A DNA stretch of 64,000 nt from Pseudomonadota bacterium (GTDB lineage: Bacteria > Pseudomonadota > Gammaproteobacteria > Burkholderiales > DATLHW01): positions 19,178-83,177 of the forward strand of contig JAZKCF010000022.1 of NCBI GenBank assembly GCA_040388195.1, given 5' to 3'. This document shows positions 1 to 8,073 of this stretch, in pieces (position 1 is the stretch's first letter; each line of letters begins with the position of its first letter). The translations under genes were made by a program, and so were the position numbers. The notes below the pieces were generated by a model. That model searched no databases and was not told the DNA's origin. It saw only the letters and a program-made list of their open reading frames with translations.

Positions 1-1461
1 AGGCTGGGAACAATCGCAACCAAGTTGACTGATGGATCACACAACCCTCCAAAAGATGCTGGAAGTGGATTCCCTATGCTCAGCAGTCAAAATGTCAATT
101 TCGGAAATATAGATTTTTCCAACCCCACGCGATATGTCAGCAAGTCAGACTTCCTTATTGAAAATCGGCGCACCAAAATTACCAGTGGCGACGTACTGTT
201 AACAATTGTTGCATCACTAGGTAGGCCTGCTGTTGTGCCAGAAAACGCACCTGATTTTGTCCTTCAACGAAGTGTGGCCGTGATTGGTTCACCAATTGAC
301 TCTGGTTTCTTATGTAAACAGCTTGGTTCCCCCCACTGTGTTAATTATTATTCAACGCATGCAAAAGGTACGGCGCAGCGAGGCATATATCTTGGAAAGT
401 TGGGAGAAATGCTAATACCCCTCCCGCCTCTCCCCGAGCAACATCGCATCGTCGCCAAAATCGATCAACTCATGGTGCGTTGCGACGAGTTGGAAAAACT
501 GCGTGCTGAGCGTGAACAGAGGCGGCGCAGCGTACACATCGCCGCGCTCAAACAGTTACTGGATGCACAAGAACGCAACACTTTCGACGAAGCTTGGCAC
601 TTCATCACCCAGCACTTCGGCGAGCTCTACACCGTCAAAGAAAACGTCACCGAACTACGTAAGGCCATCCTCCGGCTTGCCGTCATGGGCAAACTCGTTC
701 CCCAAGACCCGAACGATCCGGCTGCCAGTGAATTGCTGAAAGAGATTGATGCAGAGAAAAAGCGGCTGGTGAAGGAGGGCAAGATCAAAGTGCCTAAACC
801 GTTGCCGGCGGTCTCGGCGGAAGAAATACGCTATGGTTTGCCAAATGGTTGGGTATGGTCACGCCTTCAGAATGTTTTAGATGTTCGAGATGGTACCCAC
901 GACTCTCCCAAGGATGCTGATGGCACTGACACATATCCATTAATTACAAGTAAGAATTTCGTTAATGGAAAAATCGATTTTACGAATGCAAGAAAAATAT
1001 CTGCCGAAGATCATTTGGAAATTGTCAAACGATCCTGTGTAGACAAGCTCGACATTTTATTTTCCATGATTGGCGGAAATATTGGTAACCAGGTTATTGT
1101 TGAAGAAGATCGTGAATTCAGCATCAAAAATGTCGCGCTCTTCAAGTACTACAACAAAAACTTTACTTACCCATATTTTATTAAGCGGTTCATGGAGCAC
1201 TTGGCAATCGACTTGCAACAAAAAGCTGCTGGAGGCGCTCAACCGTTCATCTCTCTGGGGTTTCTGAGGAATTTGGTTATTGCTCTTCCGCCAAAAACTG
1301 AGCAACACCGTATCGTCGCCAAAATTGATCAGCTCATGAAGCTATGCGACAAGCTTGAACAGGGCATTGAAATTGTCACCGCCAAGCAAACGGAGTTGCT
1401 CAATGCTGTGACGAACCGGAAGGTTAATCGTTTGACCGAAGTCTCGATGGAGTTGGTATGA
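1..1461 (+). CDS. hsdS: Type I restriction-modification specificity subunit HsdS (5' end runs off the window)
   Basis: The frame is open from base 1 (RLGTIATKLTDGSHNPPKD...). There are two target-recognition domains (..DGSHNPPKDA.., ..DGTHDSPKDA..). Each is followed by a near-identical conserved helix (LPEQHRIVAKIDQLMVRCDELEK and KTEQHRIVAKIDQLMKLCDKLEQ), which is the canonical TRD1-CR1-TRD2-CR2 layout. Confidence 0.9.
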   Translation, partial: RLGTIATKLTDGSHNPPKDAGSGFPMLSSQNVNFGNIDFSNPTRYVSKSDFLIENRRTKITSGDVLLTIVASLGRPAVVPENAPDFVLQRSVAVIGSPIDSGFLCKQLGSPHCVNYYSTHAKGTAQRGIYLGKLGEMLIPLPPLPEQHRIVAKIDQLMVRCDELEKLRAEREQRRRSVHIAALKQLLDAQERNTFDEAWHFITQHFGELYTVKENVTELRKAILRLAVMGKLVPQDPNDPAASELLKEIDAEKKRLVKEGKIKVPKPLPAVSAEEIRYGLPNGWVWSRLQNVLDVRDGTHDSPKDADGTDTYPLITSKNFVNGKIDFTNARKISAEDHLEIVKRSCVDKLDILFSMIGGNIGNQVIVEEDREFSIKNVALFKYYNKNFTYPYFIKRFMEHLAIDLQQKAAGGAQPFISLGFLRNLVIALPPKTEQHRIVAKIDQLMKLCDKLEQGIEIVTAKQTELLNAVTNRKVNRLTEVSMELV

Positions 1462-2501
1462 GCGGCATTGAACCTACCGGCGAATTTCTCCTCTACGAAA
1501 CCGAAGATGGGCGTACCCGCGTTGAATGCCGGTTCGTGAGTGACATGCTATGGCTAACACAGAATGGCATGGCCGATCTGTATCAGACTACCAAGCAGAA
1601 CATCGCCAAGCACTTGAAAGCTATCTTCGCTGATGATGAGTTGACGCCAGATTCAGTTGTCAACCAATGGTTGACAACTGCCGCCGATGGTAAGCGCTAC
1701 CAAGTTGGCTTTTACAATCTCGATGCCATCCTTGCCGTCGGCTACCGCGTCCGCTCTACTCGAGGCACGCAATTCCGCCGCTGGGCGACGGAGCGGCTAC
1801 GTGAATATTTGGTCAAGGGTTTCACGCTCGACGACGAGCGGTTGAAGAATCCACCCGTGGCCGGTTCCGGCGTGCCGGATCGATTCGATGAACTGCTGGA
1901 CCGCATTCGCGATATCCGCGCCAGCGAACGGCGGATGTACCTACGAGTGCGCGAGATTTTTGCGATGGCTGCCGATTATTCACCTTCGCTTGCGGAAACG
2001 ACTCAATTCTTCTGCATCATTCAGAACAAATTACATTTCGCCGTTACTGGCAAGACCGCAGCCGAGTTGATTCTGGACCGCGCCGATCACACTCGTCCTA
2101 ACATGGGCCTAACCACATGGAAATCTGCCGGCGTGCAAAAGGCCGACGCGAGCGTTGCAAAGAACTATCTTGCCGACCCGGAAATCAATGAGCTCAATCG
2201 AGTGGTCGTGATGTGGTTGGACTTTGCTGAAGATCAGGCTCGTCGCCGCAAAGAGATATTTCTGAAGGACTGGGAAGAAAAGCTTGATGCTTTCCTCAAG
2301 TTCAATGATCGCAACGTGCTGCCGAATGCAGGCCGTGCCTCCAAGAATCAAGCCGATTCTCACGCAGAGGAGGAATATGCTCAATTTGCTGCCCAACGGC
2401 GTGCGCTACTGGAGGCGGAAGGCGCGGAGCATAATGTGAAAATGCTGGAACAGGCTGCAAAGGCTCTGCCAAAAACAAAGCGAAAAAAAGGGATCGACTG
2501 A
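1458..2501 (+). CDS. RhuM-family protein, translationally coupled to hsdS
   Basis: 347 aa. The N-terminal FLLYETEDGRTRVECRF..LWLTQ..MADLYQTTKQNIAKHLKAIF and the central GYRVRSTRGTQFRRWATERLREYLVKGF match my recollection of the RhuM family. The start overlaps the hsdS stop as ATGA (1458-1461). Confidence 0.75.
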   Translation: MSGIEPTGEFLLYETEDGRTRVECRFVSDMLWLTQNGMADLYQTTKQNIAKHLKAIFADDELTPDSVVNQWLTTAADGKRYQVGFYNLDAILAVGYRVRSTRGTQFRRWATERLREYLVKGFTLDDERLKNPPVAGSGVPDRFDELLDRIRDIRASERRMYLRVREIFAMAADYSPSLAETTQFFCIIQNKLHFAVTGKTAAELILDRADHTRPNMGLTTWKSAGVQKADASVAKNYLADPEINELNRVVVMWLDFAEDQARRRKEIFLKDWEEKLDAFLKFNDRNVLPNAGRASKNQADSHAEEEYAQFAAQRRALLEAEGAEHNVKMLEQAAKALPKTKRKKGID

Positions 2502-2630
2502 TGCCAGTCGATCCACTCTCCGCGAAGATTATTGAACCTTTCATTTACACTGAAAATATTCACATATCATCAGTATTCACCGCTTCAAGACATTGCTAGG
2601 AAAAACCCTTCACTAGCCCACTCACGTTGA

Positions 2631-5444
2631 TTACTGACCAAGCCTCGATACCTGAGACCAAGGCGCAGCAGCATTTCCGTTGTAGTTATAAACATGCGTT
2701 ATTTCACCCACACCCCCTAACGAAACCGTGGTCATATTGTGAAATTTCACACCTGGCGTACGCGGCGCTTCAATCGCATTTTCTAACTTAACGCTCGGGT
2801 TGGAACTGAAGTAACAGTAGATGCCAAGCCCCCATGCTTCATGTGTCGTTACCGAGTTTCCGACTTTATAAGATGCAAATCCGTTAACGCCACCGTTCAT
2901 CCAAGATTGCTGATTTGGCACATCGTAGGGGATTTCACTTTGGTAGAAATAGACGCGTCCGCCGTTGCCATTCCATACAGTTTGATACTGATGATAATGC
3001 TCCACAAATAAGCCGTAGATTGTGACGTTGGTGCCATTCACAATTAATCCGTTCGCTGTTGTGTTGTTGTACCAGCCAACGGTGTCACCAACACCGTGAT
3101 CGGCACGCCAAATCCAGAAGTGGTCGCCAATCGTATTATTGCTATTGATCTTAAGGCTGACAGATGCTTTGCCAACATCACCGCCGCCGATTCTAAAGAA
3201 AATATCGTGAAGCGAAGTGGGGTTCGTCGAGTGATCAGCTGAACTACCTGTTGGGCCAACTTCTAGCAGAATTTGCGAATTTACTCTTCCTGCATCAAAT
3301 AAGAGGCCAGCGATTTTTACGCCATCCACGTCGGCAATCGACATTGCATTTACACCGTTATCCGACACAAGAGTCGCTAAACCGAGGCCAAGCACCACAG
3401 TATTTGCGCGCGTGACGCGAATGGTCTCATTTAAACGATAAACGCCCGGTGCAAATATCAGGTGTTTACCTAAGCGTAGTGCGGAATTGATTGTCGACGC
3501 GGTATCAATTCCTTGTTTGGCGATATAAAACTGGTCAATCGAGATTGATTCACCTGCCGCGCCACCATTTCCCCAGCTAGTGCCTTGCGTATTGGATCTA
3601 AGCGCAGGGACGAAAACGCTATATCCAGTGGCGTTATTAAAAGTAAGAAAAGGCTTCTCACGGATAATCGGTGTTTGGCTTACCACAGTATTTGGGGGAT
3701 TGGGCCATGATGCGCCTGATGGTGCGTTCGTTACACCCAAAAACACCATGTTCCAATTGGAGCCATTCCAATTTCCTATTTGTGAGTTTCTTGTAAACCA
3801 TTGTTGTTGCCCGCCAGAATTAATTTGATTATCAATTTTAGAGTCTGATAAGAAGCCGCCGCTTGACCAGCCCCCATCATCCAGAATCAGATTGCCTCTC
3901 ACATGCATGCGACGAAATGGAGCCGCTTGCGATACAGCCCATCTTTCGGTGCCTCCTGAAGGGATGACCGCCATATTTTCAACGCCACGCCAAAAGTTTT
4001 GCGTTGCGTTCCCGTTAAACCAGCGGGCATCGGCCTGGACAGTACCGTTTATGGTTACGTCGTCCGGCAATTGCCCCAAGCCTAGAACCTGCGTGAAGAA
4101 GCCGACTTTCACTGTGGCATTGTAATAACCGGGTTTGAAAATTAAGGCATACCGGGTGGATGCAAAATGATTGCTTTCTTGTTGACGGAATATGTTGTCA
4201 ACTTTAGTTTGAATCGCTGATGCAGCCATCGATGGATCAAATATCAATACGTTCGGTCCAAAATCGACTGGTATTGGCGCTGTGACTGTAGCTGCAGTCG
4301 GCGTTGGTGTGGATATTTGTGTCGGTGTCGGTGTTGATGTTGATATCGGTGCCGGCGCTGGCGTTACCGATGGCTCTGTTTGAAGCTGCGCGAGCTTTGC
4401 TTGCAATTCCTGCTGCTGTTGCTGCGACTGTAGTAGCTGCGCTTGCAACTGCTGTTGGCTCTGTTTTTGTTCTAGTGTTTGGTTCTGTTGCTGCTGCTGC
4501 AGTGCTTGCTGTTGTTGCTGTGCCAGTTGTAACTGTGTTTGCAATTGCTGTTGGCTCTGCTTTTGTTCTAGCGTTTGATTTTGTTGCTGCTGTTGCACCG
4601 ATTGCAATTGCTGTTGCAGTGCTTGCTGTTGTTGTTGCGACTGTTGTAACTGCGTTTGCAACTGCTGTTGGCTCTGTTTTTGTTCTAGTGTTTGGTTCTG
4701 TTGTTGCTGTTGCAGTGCTTGCTGTTGTTGCTGTGACTGTTGAGTTTGCGCTATCAATTGAGTTTGCGTTTGTATTTGCTGTTGCTGCGATTGTTGTAAC
4801 TGTGCTTGCAACTGCTGTTGGTGTTGTTTCTGTTCTATCGATTGGTTCTGTTGCTGCTGTTGCAGTAGTTGCAGTTGCTGCTGCAATGCTTGCTGTTGTT
4901 GCTGAGCTTGTTGATTTTGTGCTAACAATTGCGCTTGCATTTGTTGTTGCTGTTGCCGCTGTTGTTGGGAAGACGTGTCAGCTGTAGCTGGCGAACTGGA
5001 TGCAGCTTGCGGCGCTGTAAAATTAGCCATGGGGGGCGAAGATATATTACCGCCACCCCCGCTACGTCCACCACCGCCTCCTGATTTGCCAGCGGATGAC
5101 GATGCCGTCGATGCTGACGCTATTGCTGCTCCTGTTCCTGACTTAGTCGTTGCCGCCTTCGGTTCGCTGGGAGGAGTGCACTCACCTAGATCTTTCCACA
5201 TGGTAGAACTGGAGTTAGGGAACCAATTTGTATTGGTAAAAGCGAAGTGTGATTGAAGGGCCTCATAAATATGACCGCGGTAAGTGATAACGCTACCGGC
5301 CGTGTAACCCTTGTCTGTGGTCCAAGTGGTGGGAGTGCAGAGATTAGAGCTTGCGGCATAGGCCATCGAGCCAATCGACAACAACACGGAAAAAGATAAA
5401 GTTCTCATCAAGGCCAGTTGTCTTGCCTTCACTTCTTTTCTCAT
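2631..5444 (-). CDS. Secreted multidomain protein: signal peptide, CBM5/12-like chitin-binding module, Gly/Ser-rich spacer, ~200-aa polyGln repeat block, Pro/Thr linker, C-terminal beta-helix-like (glycosidase/lyase-like) domain
   Basis: 937-aa ORF with an AAGGGA Shine-Dalgarno sequence 6 nt upstream of the ATG at 5444. Signal peptide: ..MRTLSFSVLLSIGSMAYA. CBM5/12-like segment: WTTDKGYTAGSVITYRGHIYEALQSH..WFP..MWKDLG. Q-rich block at aa 160-356. Linker: PAPAPISTSTPTPTQISTPTPT. The C-terminal ~530 aa carries repetitive G/N/V-rich strands (..NGTNVTIYGLFVEHYHQYQTVWNGNGGRVYFYQSE..) typical of right-handed beta-helix enzymes. The exact family is not identified. Confidence 0.75.
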   Translation of the reverse strand: MRKEVKARQLALMRTLSFSVLLSIGSMAYAASSNLCTPTTWTTDKGYTAGSVITYRGHIYEALQSHFAFTNTNWFPNSSSTMWKDLGECTPPSEPKAATTKSGTGAAIASASTASSSAGKSGGGGGRSGGGGNISSPPMANFTAPQAASSSPATADTSSQQQRQQQQQMQAQLLAQNQQAQQQQQALQQQLQLLQQQQQNQSIEQKQHQQQLQAQLQQSQQQQIQTQTQLIAQTQQSQQQQQALQQQQQNQTLEQKQSQQQLQTQLQQSQQQQQALQQQLQSVQQQQQNQTLEQKQSQQQLQTQLQLAQQQQQALQQQQQNQTLEQKQSQQQLQAQLLQSQQQQQELQAKLAQLQTEPSVTPAPAPISTSTPTPTQISTPTPTAATVTAPIPVDFGPNVLIFDPSMAASAIQTKVDNIFRQQESNHFASTRYALIFKPGYYNATVKVGFFTQVLGLGQLPDDVTINGTVQADARWFNGNATQNFWRGVENMAVIPSGGTERWAVSQAAPFRRMHVRGNLILDDGGWSSGGFLSDSKIDNQINSGGQQQWFTRNSQIGNWNGSNWNMVFLGVTNAPSGASWPNPPNTVVSQTPIIREKPFLTFNNATGYSVFVPALRSNTQGTSWGNGGAAGESISIDQFYIAKQGIDTASTINSALRLGKHLIFAPGVYRLNETIRVTRANTVVLGLGLATLVSDNGVNAMSIADVDGVKIAGLLFDAGRVNSQILLEVGPTGSSADHSTNPTSLHDIFFRIGGGDVGKASVSLKINSNNTIGDHFWIWRADHGVGDTVGWYNNTTANGLIVNGTNVTIYGLFVEHYHQYQTVWNGNGGRVYFYQSEIPYDVPNQQSWMNGGVNGFASYKVGNSVTTHEAWGLGIYCYFSSNPSVKLENAIEAPRTPGVKFHNMTTVSLGGVGEITHVYNYNGNAAAPWSQVSRLGQ
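4377..4967 (-). repeat. Imperfect tandem coding repeat (mixed CAA/CAG glutamine codons) inside the 937-aa gene
   Basis: The motif NQ(S/T)(I/L)EQKQ(H/S)QQQLQ(A/T)QL occurs four times, spaced about 32-50 aa apart and embedded in QQQQQALQQQ runs. The plus strand reads as TTG/CTG-rich quasi-repeats. Confidence 0.85.
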
Positions 5445-5799
5445 TATTTATCCCTTATTAAAAATAAGATGGTTAAGCCATCGTTTAGTTATTTTCCCCA
5501 GTCAGTAATTAGCGACTTGCGTTTTTGTGGTTCTTTAGTCGCAATTAGAACAAATGGGAGATTCATACGAAATAAGCAAGTACGATGCCAAAATATAAGT
5601 AAGCGGAGCGTTTATAACGAACTGGATTTAAATAAGAATATTTTTCTCTCTTAATTGAATACAGAGAGCGTCTTACAAAATTGAGAAATACAGGAAGTAA
5701 AAAATTGCAGAAATGAAAAAAATGATTTGTTACGAAATGCCTCCAACCGGCTATTGAGTAAATCATCAAAGGCCGTTTTGTGATGCCGTTAATTTTTTA

Positions 5800-6627
5800 T
5801 TAAATATTAAGAAGTGCTCTCATTTGTTGAGGATAGTCAGTAATGATTGTAGTAATACCGCTGTTTAATAATTGCCTGGTTAATGCTTCACGTTCTTGTG
5901 GATTAAGACGATCCGGATTTTTTTCCTGACAGGTCCATGCGACGGGCTTTGCACCCGCCGTGCGTATCATGTTGATCGTGACTTGTGTCAATGAAGGCAA
6001 ACTGAGATTGACGGTTTGTGGGTGCAAATCGTCAATGGTGGTAAGTTTCTGAGCAAGCTGTTGTTCGGTAACACACCACGGTTCTTTATCGCTCCAGAAT
6101 AAAGCGCCAAGAGGCGTTTCGGCGCGAAGTTTTTTTATCTCTCGGAGATTATCAATATCTCCAGCGCTGACTTGAAAATTGGTTGGCGACCAACCGTTGT
6201 TTAAGCGGTTTTGAATTGCTTCTGCAACTTGTTGATTAAGTCGAGCGCCTTTGATTTCAATATTCACAACAAAATCTTTTGCGCGTATTTCTTCTGGATT
6301 TTGCTGACGGAAATCGCCTACTAGATTCAGCACTTCTTCCAGTGTAGGAATCAGCGATTGGGTAAGTATCCCTTTGGTGTCCTTTAGCTGTAATCGCTTA
6401 AGTTCAGCTAAGGTAAATGTGGTGATATCGCCAGTGCCATTGGTCATGCGTTCCAGTGTGTCATCGTGGAACACAACCAACTGCGTATCCTTAGTCAGAA
6501 AAACATCGAGCTCTACGCCATCGGCGCCTTGATCGATCGCGGCTTGAAAGGCGTCAAGTGAATTTTCTGGCGGATTATCATCTCCCCGGCAACCGCGATG
6601 CCCCCAAATTTTAATCGTCTGGTTCAT
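5800..6627 (-). CDS. Glycerophosphodiester phosphodiesterase (GDPD family)
   Basis: 275 aa. GDPD signature: IWGHRGCRG..PENSLDAFQAAIDQGADGVELDVFLTKDTQLVVFHDDTLERMTNGTG. The ATG immediately follows the gltD stop (TAAATG). Confidence 0.85.
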   Translation of the reverse strand: MNQTIKIWGHRGCRGDDNPPENSLDAFQAAIDQGADGVELDVFLTKDTQLVVFHDDTLERMTNGTGDITTFTLAELKRLQLKDTKGILTQSLIPTLEEVLNLVGDFRQQNPEEIRAKDFVVNIEIKGARLNQQVAEAIQNRLNNGWSPTNFQVSAGDIDNLREIKKLRAETPLGALFWSDKEPWCVTEQQLAQKLTTIDDLHPQTVNLSLPSLTQVTINMIRTAGAKPVAWTCQEKNPDRLNPQEREALTRQLLNSGITTIITDYPQQMRALLNI

Positions 6628-8073
6628 TTATCGAGGCAAATCCGATCTTCCCATTAGGTACGTATCTACTGCGTGCGCCGCTTGTCGTCCTTCGCGAATC
6701 GCCCATACCACGAGCGATTGACCGCGGCGCATATCACCTGCCGCGAAAATTTTCGGATGCGATGTTTGATAAGAACTCAGACCATCAGTAGCGGCTTTAA
6801 CGTTACCACGTGGGTCCAGCGTAACGCCCAGCTGTGCCAGCATGCCTTGATGAACGGGATGAAGATAGCCCATCGCTAGCAACACCAAATCAGCGGCAAC
6901 ATCGAATTCGGAACCTGGCACATCACGCATTTTCATTGCGCCGTTATCGTCCTTGTACCATTCCAATTTTGCGGCATGTAGCGTCGTCACTTTTCCATCC
7001 TTGCCGGACAAACTTTTTGTCACGATGGCGAAGTCTCGTTCGCAGCCTTCTTCGTGCGAAGACGACGTGCGTAACTTCATTGGCCAGTAAGGCCACGTGA
7101 GCGGTTTGTTTTCCTGTGCTGGTGGTTGTGGCATCAACTCAAAGTTGGTGACGGATTTTGCCCCTTGCCGTATCGATGTGCCGATGCAGTCCGAGCCCGT
7201 ATCGCCGCCGCCGATGACCACGACATTTTTACCGGTGGCAACGAGTTGATTTGGTACTTGGTCGCCTGCCACGATTTTATTTTGCAGCGGGAGAAATTCC
7301 ATGGCGAAGTAAATACCTTGCAGCTCTCGGCCTGGTACTTCGAGATCGCGTGGATGTTCAGAGCCACCGGAAACAACTACAGCATCAAACTCTTCGAGCA
7401 ATTTATTTGCATCGTGATTTACGCCAACATGCACACTTGTTCGGAACTCCACACCTTCGGCACGCATTTGTTCAACGCGTCGATCGATTTGAATTTTTTC
7501 CATCTTGAAGTCGGGAATGCCGTAGCGCATTAGACCGCCAATGCGATCGTTCTTTTCGAACAACACTACAGCATGACCAGCACGTGCTAGTTGTTGCGCG
7601 CACGCCATTCCAGCGGGACCGGAGCCGACAACGGCAACGCGTTTGCCAGTTTTTTTCAACGGCGGTTGCGGCACAACCCAACCTTCTTTCCAGCCTTTAT
7701 CGATGATGGCTTGTTCGATCGACTTAATAGCTACCGCATCGTCGTTGATGTTTAACGTACACGCTGCTTCGCAAGGCGCGGGACAGACGCGGCCGGTGAA
7801 TTCAGGGAAATTATTCGTCGAATGCAATACATCCAACGCTTCACGCCAATTCTGCCGGAATACTAAATCATTCCAGTCAGGAATGAGATTGTTAACGGGA
7901 CAACCGGTATGGCAAAACGGAATGCCGCAATCCATGCAGCGAGCGCCTTGCTTGCTCATGTCGGCATCAGTCAAAGGCAGCACAAATTCCTTGTAAACAT
8001 GAATGCGCTCTGTCACCGGTTTATAAGGCCGGTCCTTGCGCGTGATCTCCATGAATCCCGTAACTTTACCCAT
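6628..8073 (-). CDS. gltD: Glutamate synthase (NADPH) small subunit
   Basis: 481 aa. Fe-S cysteine clusters ([26 protein letters not shown]). Two dinucleotide-binding motifs ([27 protein letters not shown]). Overlaps the gltB stop by 8 nt. Confidence 0.95.
   Translation of the reverse strand: MGKVTGFMEITRKDRPYKPVTERIHVYKEFVLPLTDADMSKQGARCMDCGIPFCHTGCPVNNLIPDWNDLVFRQNWREALDVLHSTNNFPEFTGRVCPAPCEAACTLNINDDAVAIKSIEQAIIDKGWKEGWVVPQPPLKKTGKRVAVVGSGPAGMACAQQLARAGHAVVLFEKNDRIGGLMRYGIPDFKMEKIQIDRRVEQMRAEGVEFRTSVHVGVNHDANKLLEEFDAVVVSGGSEHPRDLEVPGRELQGIYFAMEFLPLQNKIVAGDQVPNQLVATGKNVVVIGGGDTGSDCIGTSIRQGAKSVTNFELMPQPPAQENKPLTWPYWPMKLRTSSSHEEGCERDFAIVTKSLSGKDGKVTTLHAAKLEWYKDDNGAMKMRDVPGSEFDVAADLVLLAMGYLHPVHQGMLAQLGVTLDPRGNVKAATDGLSSYQTSHPKIFAAGDMRRGQSLVVWAIREGRQAAHAVDTYLMGRSDLPR

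Noticed and set aside
2491-2514. Perfect 10-bp hairpin GGATCGACTG-atgc-CAGTCGATCC spanning the stop codon of the RhuM-like gene.
   Set aside because: No U-tract follows it, so it is not a convincing intrinsic terminator, and I found no second copy that would make it an att or recombination site. I noted it but it is too weak to call.
4377-4967. Repetitive DNA that could be mistaken for a CRISPR array or a noncoding satellite.
   Set aside because: There is no alternation of a constant repeat with unique spacers. The units are degenerate, in frame and translate to a continuous Q-rich segment of a long ORF. No cas genes are present in the window.
4304-4987. 227-aa plus-strand ORF made almost entirely of Ala/Val/Leu/Phe.
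   Set aside because: It is the reverse complement of the CAA/CAG glutamine repeat block. Its low-complexity composition and complete overlap with a well-supported minus-strand gene mark it as an artefact.
5418-5769. Two small ORFs (78 aa plus strand, 68 aa minus strand) in the AT-rich spacer upstream of the 937-aa gene.
   Set aside because: The region is AT-rich and promoter-like. The ORFs overlap each other, lack ribosome-binding sites and have Phe/Tyr/Asn/Lys-rich compositions expected from AT-rich noncoding DNA.
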